64,000 nt of DNA from Heterodontus francisci. Taxonomy: Eukaryota. Made by a program: the position numbers and the translations under genes. Shown here one piece after another: positions 47,740 to 60,570 of this stretch (positions are counted from its first letter, which is position 1; every line of letters starts with the position of its first letter). Under the pieces are notes generated by a model. That model made no database searches and was not told the DNA's origin. It was given only the letters and a program-made list of their open reading frames with translations. Location: contig NW_027140159.1 in the NCBI RefSeq assembly GCF_036365525.1, forward strand, positions 62,001-126,000, given 5' to 3'.

Positions 47740-50545
47740 GGGCTGACGATACAAAGTTAGTTTACAAAGAGATTGCAATGGAAGATGAACTTGTTAAGTG
47801 AGAGCGCAAAAAAGTGGCAGCTGGAATAGCATGCGGAGAAATGTGAGTTTATTCACATTGGCAGGAAGAATACAAACACAGAACCTTTTTCAAATGGTGA
47901 GAAACTATTAAATGTTGGTGTTCAGAGGGATTTGCATGTCATTGTATACAAATCACGGAAAGTTAACATGCAGGTACAGCCATCAAGTGGGAAGGCAAAT
48001 ATAGTGTTGGCCTTTATTGCAAGGGGGTTAGAGCACAAGAGTGAGGAAGTCTTGCTGCAATGGTACAGGGTTTGGTGGGTCCATACCTGAGTTCTGTATT
48101 CAGTCCTTGTCTCAGAGGCGAGGAGGAGAGAGAGACAGAGAGATGTAGTGAGGGAGGGGGAAAGAGAGATAGAGAAGGTGTGAGGGATAAGGCGAGGAAT
48201 ATAAAGTCCCAAAGGCTCTACACAGGGTCCACTATAAAACAAAATCTGACACCAAACCCACATAAGGAGAGATTACGGCTGATGACCAAAAGCTTGGTCA
48301 AAGAGGTTAGTTTTAAGTAGCGTCTTTAAGCAGGTATGAGAGGTAGAGAGGTGGAGAGGTTTACAGAAGGAATTCACCAGTGTTAACAGGCAGTGACATT
48401 AATTCTTGATTGTCGGTAGAGATTTCTTAGGAAAGGGCATTAATGTTTATGGAGCCAAGACAGCTCGATGTCTATAAGCAGCAAATCAGCCATGACCTGA
48501 GTGAATTGGCGGGACATGCTCGAGATCGAACGGCCTCTTCCTGTGTTCCTAAGGGCTTCATTAATATCAACATCAATGCATTGTTTTCTATTTGAAAAAA
48601 AGCTAACCATGTCGGGGTTCTCTCTGGACTCTACTAAACCCTCCCGCCAGCCTTGGAATGTCTGATGAATTCAAATCTCAGGGAACTGGTCAATGGTTCC
48701 GACAGAATTGCCCTCTTTACTGATGGCCTAATAACGTAGATAGGATACTGAGCTTTTTAAACAGAGGCCTAGTGTATAAAAGTCAGGATGTGATGCTAAA
48801 ACTTTATAAAATAATTTTTTGTCCTTAGCTGGAGTATTGTGTATATTTCTGGGGCCACACTTTAGGAAAGAGATGAAGGCTTTGGTGAATGCAGAGAACA
48901 GATTTACTATAACTATTCCAGGGATGTGTTTATGACAGTTATGCTGATAAGCTGGAGAAGCAGAGGTTGTCCTCCTTAGAGCAGAGAAGCTTAAAAGGAT
49001 ATTTTATAGAGGTTTTAGAAATCATGCAAGATTTAGATAGCATAAACAAACAGGAACTATTTCCAATGGCTGAAGGATTGATATCCAGAAACAACGGATT
49101 GAAGGTGATTGGCGAAAGAAAATGGAGGTGACAAGAGGGAAAACTTTCTTTTTAGCCCGAGTGCTTCAGATTTGAAATGTAATACCTGATAGTGTGGTGA
49201 AGACAGATTCAATGGTAGCTTTCAAAAGGAGAATTGGATAAATAATTGAAAGAGAAAAAACAACAGGCACCTGAAGAGGTTTGAGTTAATTAGGGAAAGC
49301 CAGCATGGATTTGTGAAAGGCAAATTGTACTTGACTCATCTAATTGAATTGTTTGCTGAAGTAACAGAGAAGGTTGATGAAAGGATTGCAATGGATTTTA
49401 TATGGATTTTAAGAAAGCGTTGGACAAAGTAGCACAGAGAAGTCTAAAACGCATGGAATAGAAGGGCTAGTGTCAGCTTGGATCGGGGGATCAGAGGAGA
49501 TGGTGGTTCCAGAATGGGGGATTTTAGCAAAATGGACTGAAAACAGCTACTTGAAGGTACATCAGTGTCAGAGCAGTGAGCGTCAGTGAGGGTTAAGAAC
49601 AAATATGATTGCACAAAGATAAACAAAAGGTGAGCATCGCAAAACTAGAGCCTCTTAGATATCAAGGAGCAACCTGAGTAGGATAAGGCACAAAAGGGAA
49701 GCTTATGTCAAAAACCGAGAGCTCAATGCCATAGAAAGCCGAGAGCAGTGAAAAAAATGCAGGGTTGACATAAAAAAAACTAATTTGACAATCAAAGGAA
49801 GGGTTGTAGAAATATTACGATTTATTCATAAATACATGAATAGCAAGAGGATAACTGAAGGGACCAAAAAGGGAATGTGTGATTGGAGGTGGGAGATGTG
49901 GGTGGGCATTCTTACTGAATACTTGTATCGCTCTTCATATAAGAGGGGGAACAATGCAGACATTGTAGTTAAAGAGGAAAAGTGTGAAATGTCGGAGGGT
50001 AAATATTCAGGTGTTTGGCATCTTTGAAAGTGGATAACTGGTCAGGCCTGGATGTATTGGAATAAGTTCAGGGAAGGTTCACTGTGTTGAATCCTGAGAT
50101 GAAGGGATTGTCTTATGAGGAATGTTTGAACAAGTTGGGCCTATACTCATTGGAGTTCAGAAAAATGAGAGGTGAGCTTAGTGAAATATAGAAGATTCTG
50201 AGGGGACATTACAGGGCAGCTGCTGGGAGGATGTTCCCCTTGTGGGCATAGTTTAGAATTAAAGGGTCTCTCCTATATGTCAAAGATGAGGAGGATGTTT
50301 TTTTTCTCTCAGTGGTTGGTTATACTTTGGAATTCTCTTCCCCAGAGAGCAGTGGAAATTGCATCATTGAATATATACAAGGCTGATTTATACATATTTA
50401 TGATCGAGAAGGGAATCAAGCGTTATAGAAAACAGGCAGGTAAGTGGAGATAAGGACACTGTCAGATCACTCATGATCATTTTGAATGGCAGAGCAGGCC
50501 CTCGGGGTGAATGACCTACTCCTGCTCCCATTTTCTAGGATCGTC
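47740..50545 (+). mobile_element. Mosaic of decayed CR1 fragments, with a probable L2-like 3' piece at about 48240-48380
   Basis: Remnants of KCE..HFGRKN, SQHGFVKGK, DF.KA.DKV and several CR1 3' UTRs. Confidence 0.65.
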
Positions 50546-51549
50546 TGTACTAAATGAAGGGTGTTCTCTCCAGATGCGTAAAATTGGAGGGCAGGCCCAT
50601 GTACACTCAGTTTAAAACATATTTTATTATATCAGAGGCAGGGCCATGTGTAATATAAACTGACTGGGGGTAGTGCAGCCCAGCTAGTGCATTGGTAACT
50701 GAGATTAGTGTGAAAGGGATCAAGGCTTCAGAATTCATAAAATACATTCAGGGGAATTTATTTTAGGCCAGTACGTCGCAAGGCCAACACGAGATGGGTC
50801 AGTTTTGCACTTATTTTAGGAAATGAAGCTGGGCCAGTGGAAGGGGATTTAGAAAAAGTGGAGTGGAAAAAGCTACTTGATTTTAAATCAGTGTCAGAGC
50901 AGTGAGAGTGAATTATTTCTTCTTGCAGGATTTATTATACACGATGTATTCATTTTTCTTTTCAGATAAATTCAAGTTCACAAGAGCCCAATGTGGGATT
51001 CGAACCCCTGCTTTTTGCAGCATTCGCTCAAGTCTTCAGATTAAAAACTGAAAAATACATTCACCTTCCTATTGTTAACTGACTGTCTCAGCTTTTGTAT
51101 ATTGTCGCCAGTCTTGTTCTTCCATGTGTCTGATGTTATTACCAATTTGGTAAACCATTTTATTCTCTCATGATATCTACGGTAAAGACCTTCAGTTGTG
51201 TGTATCCGCAAAAGACGAAATCCACAATCTAATTCACACCCTATTCAATCAACTAAAATCTTCAACTCCATTTAAAAAACCTACATCAAGTCTCTACACA
51301 GATAACTGACAGTTCCACAATGCAGAAGTGTCTGAATGGAAGGGATGTGAACTGTTATTTTAAACAAGAAGTGTTCAGAGAAAAGTCAGGAACAGGTATT
51401 GAAAGAGAAAGAGAGTGCGCAGAATGGAGAGAGAGAGAGGGCGATGGAGCGAGAGAGAGACTGTCAGCTCCTGTATGTGTCATGTACTGTGGGTAAAATG
51501 TCAGATCTCTCTGTTCCTGCACCCGTTGCAACTTTATACCATTTCGTTT

Positions 51550-53286
51550 TTAGATTAGATTAGAATATTACAGCGCAGTACAGGCCCTTCGGCCCTCGAT
51601 GTTGCGCCGAGCTGTGAAACCATCTGACCTACACTATTCCATTTTCATCCATGTGTCTATCCAATGTCCACTTAAATGCCCTTAAAGTTGGCGAATCTAC
51701 TACTGCTGCAGGCAGGGCATTCCACGCCCTTACTACTCTCTGAGTAAAGAAACTACCTCTCACATCTCTCCGATATCTATCACCCCTCAACTTGAAGCTA
51801 TGTCCCCTCGTGTTTGCCATCACCATCCGAGGAATAAGACGCTCACTATCCACCCTATCTAACCCTCTGATTATCTTATATGTCTCTATTAAGTCACCTC
51901 TCCTCCTCCTTCTCTCCAACGAAAACAACCTCAAGTCCCTCAGCCTTTCCTCGTAAGACCTTCCCTCCATACCAGGCAACATCCTAGTAAATCTCCTCTG
52001 CACCCTTTCCATAGCTTCCACATCCTTTCTATAATGCGGTGACCAGAACTGCACGCAATACTCCAGGTGCGGTCTCACCAGAGTCTTGTACAGCTGCAGC
52101 ATGACCTGGTGGCTCCGAAACTCGACCCCCCTACTAATAAAAGCTAACACACCATATGCCTTCTTGACAGCCCTATTAACCTGGTTAGCAAACTTCAGGG
52201 ATTTATGCACCTGGACACCAAGATCTCTCTGCTCATCTACACTAACAAGAATCTTCCCATTAGCCCAGTACTCTGCATTCCTGTTACTCCTTCCAAAGTG
52301 AATCACCTCACACTTTTCCGCATTAAACTCCATTTGCCATCTCTCAGCCCAGCTCTGCAGCCTATCTATGTCTCTCTGTACCCTACAACATCCTTCGGCA
52401 CTAACAACAACTCCACCGACCTTAGTGTCATTTGCAAATTTACTAACCCACCCTTCTACACCCTCTTCCAGGTCATTTATAAAAATGACAAACAGCAATG
52501 GCCCCAAAACAGATCCTTGCGGTACACCACTAGTAACTAAACTCCAGGATGAACATTTGCCATCAACCACCACCCTCTGTCTTCTTTCAGCTAGCCAATT
52601 TCTGATCCAAAGCTCTAAATCACCTTCAACCCCATATTTCCGTATTTTCTGCAATAGCCTACCGTGGGGAACCTTATCAAACGCCTTACTGAAATCCATA
52701 TACACCACATCCACTGCTTTACCCTCGTCCACCTGTTTGGTCACCTTCTCGAAAAACTCAATAAGGTTTGTGAGGCATGACCTACCCGTCACAAAACCGT
52801 GCTGACTATCCCTAATGTACTTATTCTTTTCAAGATGATTATAAATCCTGTCTCTTATAACCTTTTCCAACATTTTACCCACAACCGAAGTGAGGCTCAC
52901 AGGTCTATAATTACCAGGGCTGTCTCTACTCCCCTTCTTGAACAAGGGGACAACATTTGCAATCCTCCAGTCTTCCGGCACTATTCCTGTCGACAATGAC
53001 GACATAAAGATCAAGGACAAAGGCTCTGCAATCTCCTCCCTAGCTTCCCAGAGAATCCTAGGATAAATCCCATCTGGCCCAGGGGACTTATCTATTTTCA
53101 CACTTTCCAAAATTGCTAACACCTCCTCCTTGTGAACCTCAATCCCATCTAGCCGTGTAGCCTGAATCTCAGTATTCTCAACAACATTTTCTTTCTCTAC
53201 TGTAAATACTTACGCAAAATATTCATTTAACACTTTCCCTATCCCCTCTGATTCCACACACAACTTCCCACTACTATCCTTGATTC
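51550..53286 (-). mobile_element. Young 5'-truncated CR1 with an uninterrupted RT ORF (51629-53122)
   Basis: 497-aa ORF with KSPGPDG, NYRPVSL, QHGF, DFSKAFD, GVPQGSVLGP and SKFANDTK (catalytic D to N), ending in a (TCTAA)n tail. Confidence 0.95.
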
Positions 53287-53574
53287 CCACAGTCTTCCTT
53301 CCAAAATCCATAACTTCCCATTGTTAAATAGTCATAAAACAGGGGGACGATGAAAACATTGTGGTTAAGGAGGAGTGTGGAATATTGGATGGTATAATTA
53401 TTTAGAATGATACCCAGACTCCAAGGGTTAAGCTAAGAGGGATAATCACAAACCAGAGGAAACAGTTTTAAATGAGATCTAGGAAAGTTCACGAAGAACT
53501 CATAGAATCTCAGAATGATCCACCACAGAAAGAGGCGAGTCAGCCACCCTGGCCGTGTGGGCCCGATACAGTTC

Positions 53575-53725
53575 TCCTTGGTATCCTGGCCAATATTTAT
53601 CACACAACCAAAATCACTAAATCAATGTACTGCTCATTATGACATTGATGCTTGTAGGAGCTTGCTGTGCACAACTGGATGTACATCTCAATCCAAGTCT
53701 GAGAGACAACAGTTCACAACTATTC
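53575..53725 (+). mobile_element. Deu-domain SINE fragment (SacSINE1/AmnSINE-like)
   Basis: GGTATCCTGGCCAATATTTATC...GGAGCTTGCTGTGCACAA, recognised from memory of the Deu domain. Confidence 0.55.
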
Positions 53726-53747
53726 TATACTACCCGTGGCTTGGTCA

Positions 53748-53952
53748 ATGTTAGATACAGAGTAAAGCTGCATCTACACTGTCACCATCAATCAATGCCA
53801 GGACAGGTACAGCACGGTGTTAGATACAGAGAAAAGCTCCGGCTACACTGTCCTCATCAAAGACTCCCTGGGCAGGTACAGCATGGGGTTAGATATATTG
53901 CAAAACTCCCTCTACACTGTCACCATCCCAGTTCAGGTACAGCACTGGGGTT
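53748..53952 (+). repeat. 69-bp tandem repeat, left part
   Basis: TTAGATACAGAGTAAAGCTCCCTCTACACTGTC.CCATCAA..ACTCCCAGGACAGGTACAGCACGGGG units at 53751, 53820 and 53889. Confidence 0.9.
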
Positions 53953-56900
53953 GGCTGCTGCCTAATTGGAGGTGCTGAGTGGTTAACAAGGTTCTGCTAA
54001 CTGTCGCTCTGCGCAGAGACTGGAGGCTGCAGGCTGTGTGACTGTTGCAAGAGGGAGAGACTGAGATTGAAAGGAAGGTGTTTCCACATTGACAACAAAG
54101 ACGACTGAGAACTGGAAGCTCTTCTGTGAGTTTGTTTCATATTGAACTATTTTTCATTGATTGTTGGAGGTGGGGAAGAAGTGATCTGAAGACCTTGGGT
54201 GGGGCTGTATTGTTCAATAGGGAGCTCCTGTCTTCAACACCTTTGGACAGGGAGCTCCTCCCCACACCAACTACCGAGCCTGGGACAGCTGGAGCTGCCC
54301 AGGTGAAGAGACTTATTATTTCAACATCGAAAGAGGCGTGTGCCTGGGCAGCTTACAGCTGGCCCAGATGAAGACATCACCCCACCCTCCCAACCAGAAG
54401 TCCAGCTAAAAGGCTTCTTTTAAAATACCAACAGAGACTGATTCAACCTGGCCTGCCTCTCCCTCAGCCTCTTCCCCTGTGTTACAATCCTTTAAGTATT
54501 TGCATTTCTGATTTATTACTGTATTTTGCCCTTTTTTTCTCTCAACACACAGTGCGTGTAACTCTTCTCCCCCATGGCTTCTCAGTCCTCTCCGGTGGCC
54601 GGGCCCTCCTATGTTGCAGCAGGAGTGGAAACCGTTACTGTGGCTCCTTGTGTTAAGGCAATGTCCGAGGTTGTCGGCCCCTCAGCCATTGTGGCAGCCT
54701 AAACATGTACGTGAAGGCTGTATTCTTCCTGAAGACTGGGCGGTCGGGGTCCCTCGTCCTAAGTACGGGGCTCACAGTGGGTGGGAGCTTCCTGCCAGTG
54801 GACCCACTGGGGGCCACTGCGCAGCAGATACTGTTGTCAAACATCATTCCTGATGAGCTCTTCCTCCCCCAACTGCGCCATCTGGGGGAGGTGATGTCGG
54901 GGATTACCCCAGTCCCGCTCAGTCTTTGGGAGCACAGCCTCTGACATGTCTACTCCTTCTGCCGCCAGCTATTTATGCAGCTGGCGCGGGAGGAGATCTT
55001 GGATGGACACATCAGTGTGGAGTTCCAGGGGATGGCCTACCGTGTCTTCTGAACCTTCGACAGGGCACGGTGCCATGTCTGCAAAGGGGTGGGGCATGTT
55101 CAGAAGAACTTCCCCAACCTCTCGGCCCCTAACTCCAACTCGGCGGCCCAGGGTGGCGCCTTTGCACCTCCTCCCACTCTCCCTAAGTCTCCTACAGATA
55201 CTCTTCAGTCGGTTCCAGAGGCTGTGATTTTCACGGCCTCCGGCAGGGAGGTGAGTACCCGTCGGGGTGGAAGGAAGGTGTGGAGGAAAAATATACATCA
55301 AGAGGCGCGTCCCCTGGACACCATGACACAACCCGAGCCTGAGCTCATCCCAAGGTCCGATTTTGGGAAGCCCACTTGCCCCAGTGCTGGGCTCAGTCCC
55401 AGGAAGACTAAAAAAAAGGACTGTGAGGAGGTGGAGGCCTCTGATGACATCGAGGTCTCTCATCCTCTGCGCCAAACTAGGCAAACAAGGCGAAGCCACC
55501 CCTCCACAGAGGTATCACAGGGCCCGGAGGGGCAGAGCCCATCTATTGGAGGGGAGCTGCCTCCTGTTTCGGGTCCCCAGCTTCCCCCTGCCACCACCAA
55601 CATCAAGGCTGCAAAGTCTGGGCAGGAGCACCCTACCCCTCAGGATGGAGGGGAGGGTGAAGCCCTTGTACATGAGGCCCCACCTGGAGGAGTAAGTGGA
55701 GGCCTGCATGTGGTGGGGGAGCCTTGGAACGCCTCCCATTCTGCCACTGCCACTGGGACAGGTGCCCTGATTGGAGGGGAGGGCGAGGCCCTAAAGTGAC
55801 GGACCTCCCAGTCGGAATCCACCCCAAACAAGCGACACCCTACCCGGTTATAATTGAAATTGTTGTCCCATCATCTGTGTCTGTGTGTTCTGGTGGAGCA
55901 GGAGATGGCCTCCTGTCTCCACCCGTGGTACCGGCTCTGGCTGGATTTCAGGAGTTGGGCACTTCTATCGCCCCTGAACCGCTCATTGGTCTGGGGATGG
56001 AGGTGGGGTCCAGAATCGCTGGTTTGCAAAGGCTCCAGTTCCTTTCTAGAGCCCAGAGACGACTCCCCCGCCATCGGTCCTGCGGGTGGGATCGTGATAG
56101 CGGCAGGACCAGCTGGCGCATCCGGAACGTGCACCTCTTAATGTGTGGTGGGTGTGTCGGCCGCTTGCGGTGACGACCCGGAGGAGGATGGGGATTCGGT
56201 ATGGGGCACGGAGGACGACCTTGCTTCCATCGCCTGTGAGGTGGTGTAATCCCTCATGCCTCCCACCGAGTCTCCTCTCATGCCCACGGCTGAAATCTGG
56301 GATTTCCTTGCGGCTTGCTGGGGTTGCCACAATAAAGTTCAGCTGGCCCTCGGCCGTTGGTCGAGTCTGGTGCTGATCATCCAGACCTTCCGTGCCGCTC
56401 TCAATAAAGTGGATAAGGGCGCAGGCATGAAACTGGTTGAGAGGCTCCGATTTAATGCGTTCCTCAATGGTTGTTGGGGGAGTGGAAGGCCAGGTGCACT
56501 TCCACTCCCTCCTCACAGTGAGGTGTTGGTGACGGTTTCTATGTACCTTTGACATGAAGATAACCATAGCCAGCCTCAACATCAACGGCAGCAGGGGGTC
56601 TCACTGCAGATTTCACAATCTCTCAGTACTCAGGGAAGGGAGATATGCCATGGGCTTTCTGCAGGAAATCCATACCGTTCCAGGAGACGAAGCCACCTGG
56701 CTCCTGGAGTGGCAGGGTGGGGTCTACATGAGTCATGTCACCCATATTTCAAGTGGGGTGGCTATTTTGATGGCACCGACTTTTCAGCCGGAGATTGTGG
56801 AACCAGTGCCGGGCCGCTTGTTCCACATTGCCGTTCACCTGAGTAGCGTGCCGCTCCACTTTGTGAACGTGTATGCACCCTCGCCCGGCGCGTTACAAGC

Positions 56901-59900
56901 GCGCTTCTTTGAAGAATGCATCATACTTGGGGGGGGGGGGTTTAAACTGTACCCTGGAGGTGGGGGATCGCTCCGGTCCCCAACGCGGCCAAGTGTCAAT
57001 GGAGAGGTTGAGGGGACTGATCAGCTGCCTCAACATGGTAGACGTCAGGTGGAATCTCCATCCCAACTCCAGCGCATTCATGTGGAGGTCTGGAGGAGGA
57101 GGGTCCCGAATTGACCGCCTTTACATTTTGCAGGGGTACGTCTCCCGCGTCTCGGCGGCCTCCATGCGGCTGATGCCATGCTCGGACTACCACATGGTGT
57201 GGGCGGAGTTCACTCCGCTCTGCACGCGGGCGGGGTCGACGTACTGGCAGTTTAACATCCGGCTAGGGGAGGACGAGAGTTTCCGTAGTTTCTGGGCTGA
57301 CTGGAGAAGGAAGCAAGAGGGCTTCCTTCTTTGAGGCTATGGTGGGATGTGGGCAAGATTCACAGACGTGTCTTCTGTCTGTATGCGAAGGGGTCAACCA
57401 AGAGGCGGGAAGCCTAGATCGGGTGCCTAGATGGGGAGTTGCTCGACTTGGATTCCAGCCTCGGTCATGCCGGCATGGACCCGGCCCTGTGGCAGGATAA
57501 AAGAGAAGATGGTCTGTTGAGTGACTTGCAGCTCATAGGGCCCCGAGGCACGTACGTGAGATCCTTGATCCAGATACTGGAAGATTTGGATCGCACCTCA
57601 CCCTTCTTCTATTCGCTGGCAAAATGGCGGGAGTTCCGTAAGCAGCTCGTCGCGCTGCTAGCCGATGATGGATCCTCCGTCATGGATCCAGAGGAAATGG
57701 GCCTCCCGGTCTGTACTTACCACAGTGCGTTGTTCTCTCCGGATCCGTCCAGCGAGGAGGTGTGCAGAGTTTTGTGTGAAGACCTGCCGGAGGTCAGCCT
57801 GGAGGGCGTCGAAGGATTGGAGGCTCCGCTTACATTGGTGGAGCTGACTAGCGCCCACCACCAGCTCTTGAGGGGAAAATCCCCGGGGTTCGACGGGCTG
57901 ATGGTGGAGTTCCTCAGGGCGTCCTGGGACGTCCTGGGTGACAATTCTGAGAGCGGGCCCTGGGGGAAAGCCTGTCGACCGTTAGATGCCCCTTCGTGGT
58001 GCAGGGCAGTCAATGTCCTGTTGCTGAAGAGGGGCGTTCTTTGCCTGCTTATAAACTGGCGTCTGGTCTCCCTCCTCAGCACGGATTATAAGATCTTTGC
58101 CCGGGCTATGTCTACTGGCCTGGGCTCCGTGCTGGCCCACATGATCCACCCTGACCAGTCCTACACGGTCCCAGGCCAGTCCATCCAGCACAACATCCAC
58201 CTGGTCCGGGGCTTGATCCAGCTTTCCCAGAGGACTGGTCAGTCGGTCGCCTTTCTCTCCCTTTATCAGGAGAAGGCTTTCGACAGGATGGATCACAAAT
58301 ACCGTTTCGGGACTCTGAGCGCTTTCGGACTTCAGCCGCATTTTTTGGCCTGGGTCTGACATTTATACGCCACGATAGAGTGTCTGGTCAAAGTTAACGG
58401 GTCCTTGACGGAGCCCGTTCGCTTTTGTGAGAGGAATGCGTCAGGGCTGCCCCATGTCCGGCCAATGGTATGCCATCTGCAAGGAACCATTCCTGTGCCT
58501 GCTTCACAGTAGGTTGACGGGATTGGCTCTGTGCGAGCCGGCCATGTGGATAGTCCTCTCGGATTAGGCCGATGACATGCTCCTCGCGGTCACAGATCCC
58601 GTTGACTTACGGAGGATGCGCAACTGCCAGCAGACCTTTTCTGCTGTGTCCTCCGCAAGGATTGATTGGGAGAAATATTCCGGTCTCCTCGTGCGTCAGT
58701 GGTTGGTGGACTCCCTGCCGGAGGAGATGACAACTTTTGAGTGGAGCACCATGCACCTCCTCTATCTGGGAGTCCACCTTAGCCCCGCTGAGGAAGCCAG
58801 GCTGGCAAACCGGCAGGAGCTTGAGGCGAAAGTCACCACTGGGCTGGGGCGCTGGACAGGACTGCTCCGAGTGCTTTCCTACAGTGGCCCAGTGCTGGTC
58901 ATAAACCAACTGGTGGCCTCGATGCTGTGGTACCGGTTGGTCACTTTTCCCCGCCCCCTGTATTTGCCACCAAGTTGCAGAAGAAAATCGTTGATTGCAT
59001 CTGGGGCAACAGGAAACACTGGGTCTCTGCTGCGGTCCTGAGTCTCCCGATCGAGGAGGGCGGCCTGTCGCTGTTGTGCATCCACACCCAGGCTGCGACT
59101 CTTTGCCTTTGGACCCTGAAGCGATACCTGTACATCGAGCGTCCTCCCAGATGGTGTGCACTGGCGACGTTTTTTTTCTGCCAGTGTCACTTCCTTCAAG
59201 ACGACACACAGCTCCAAGCGGATACCGTTATCCGCGACTCTCTGAGGGAGTTGCCTGTTTTTTAGTGAGATCTATTCCGAGTCAGGAACATGGTCGCCTC
59301 CTGTCAGGGTGCTCCCACGCCGGCAGAGGAGAGCGCCTCGGCTGGCCAGGCAGCCGACTCAGGGGACGGACTGGTGGGCGGAGGAATAGCCGAAGTTCCC
59401 GGGATGCCCCTCACTGCGGGTGGCGAGTGGGTTCGGGAGAGCAGAGCGCTCCCGACCGAGCTGATCCCCGCTCGGCCAGAACTGCTCATCAGACCCAGGC
59501 CCCGACACCCTCCTTAGAGCCGGTCCCGCACAACCTGAGCCACATCTCGGGAATGACCTCTGTGCCATTCCAACTGGTGCAGAGGAGTTTCCTGTACTGG
59601 CTGCTCCTGTGCACTCTCCACTTCCTCGCCTTCATCAGCCAGCCAGACACGTCCTGGCGGCCCGCGCTGCCAGCTGGCGGTGAGGGGAAACCTCGATGGA
59701 GGTCTATCTATGCGGGTGTCCTCCACCTTTACATCGGGGACCTGGCGTGAAGATGCGACTCAGGGCGGTCCCATGCAATAGACTTTTCAGTAGGTTCACG
59801 GACTCCCAGTCCGCCTGTACTTCCTGCGGCCTGGACGAGTCCGTGTTCCACGTATATGTGAAGTGTGTGAGGTTGCAGCCCTCCTTTAAGTATTTGAAGG

Positions 59901-60393
59901 GGCTGCTCCTCAAGATTTGGTTGCAGTCCCACGCTCCTGATATTTGGGCACCCGGTGAGGAGGGGCGTGGGCAGGGAGGAAGGTATCATCGTCAGTCTGC
60001 TCCTGGGCCTGGGCAAGATGGCAATTCAGAGGTCCAGGCTGCGGGCCGTCAGAGTATCTGTCCTCCCTGATTGTCTGCCCCTCTTCCCCGGTGACGTTCG
60101 TGCCCGGGTGTACCTGGAGAAGGAGCATGCGGTGTCCGCCGGCTCGCTGGAGGCCTTCTGCGACCAGTGGGCAACGGAGGGATTGGAGTGCATTGTCGAT
60201 GCCGAGAATGGCATTGTAATATGAGTTTTTATTTTATTTTATTTTAATAAAGTTATTTTAAGAAAATATGCATATAAAGAGGGCCTGTGGAATAAAGGCC
60301 CCCTCAACATAACATATATATAATGTGCCTGGTGTTTAAAGGCCTTCTTAAAAAAAAGGTGTTAGTAAGAGTAAAGCTCCCTCCAATAAAAAA
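53953..60393 (+). mobile_element. Full-length decayed Tx1-clade (L1 group) retrotransposon, about 6.4 kb
   Basis: 5' UTR, then ORF1 from ATG 54574 with zinc-knuckle CHVCKGVGHVQKNF. ORF2 runs from 56554 (MKITIASLNING, FLQE, VNVYAP, SRIDR, SDY, GKSPGFDG, NWRLVSLL..DYKI, IHPDQ, QEKAFDR, QGCP, ADD, CTSC...ESVFHVYVKC) to about 60223, followed by AATAAA and A-tracts. Confidence 0.9.
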
Positions 60394-60570
60394 ACTGGGT
60401 TAGATACATTGTAAAGCTCCCTCTACCCTGTCACCATCAAATACTTACAGGACAGGTACATCACGGGGGTTAGATACATAGTGAAGCTCCCTCTACAATG
60501 TCTCCGTTGAACACTCACTTGTCAGGTACAGCAGCGATGGATGCAGAGTAAAGTTCCATCTACCATTGCC
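60394..60570 (+). repeat. 69-bp tandem repeat, right part
   Basis: Units at 60400, 60470 and about 60538, continuing the array in register. Confidence 0.88.

Noticed and set aside
50986-51012. tRNA-like T-arm/box B (minus strand GGGGTTCGAATCCC)
   Set aside because: No complete cloverleaf or acceptor stem. It is probably a decayed SINE head, not a tRNA gene.
51065-51271. Minus-strand ATG-to-donor segment MELKILVD*IGC...VNNRK|gtgaat
   Set aside because: It has an in-frame stop at codon 9 and no recognisable homology.
54600-60220. Numerous overlapping short ORFs on both strands
   Set aside because: They are frameshifted pieces and antisense shadows of the GC-rich Tx1 ORF1 and ORF2, not separate genes.
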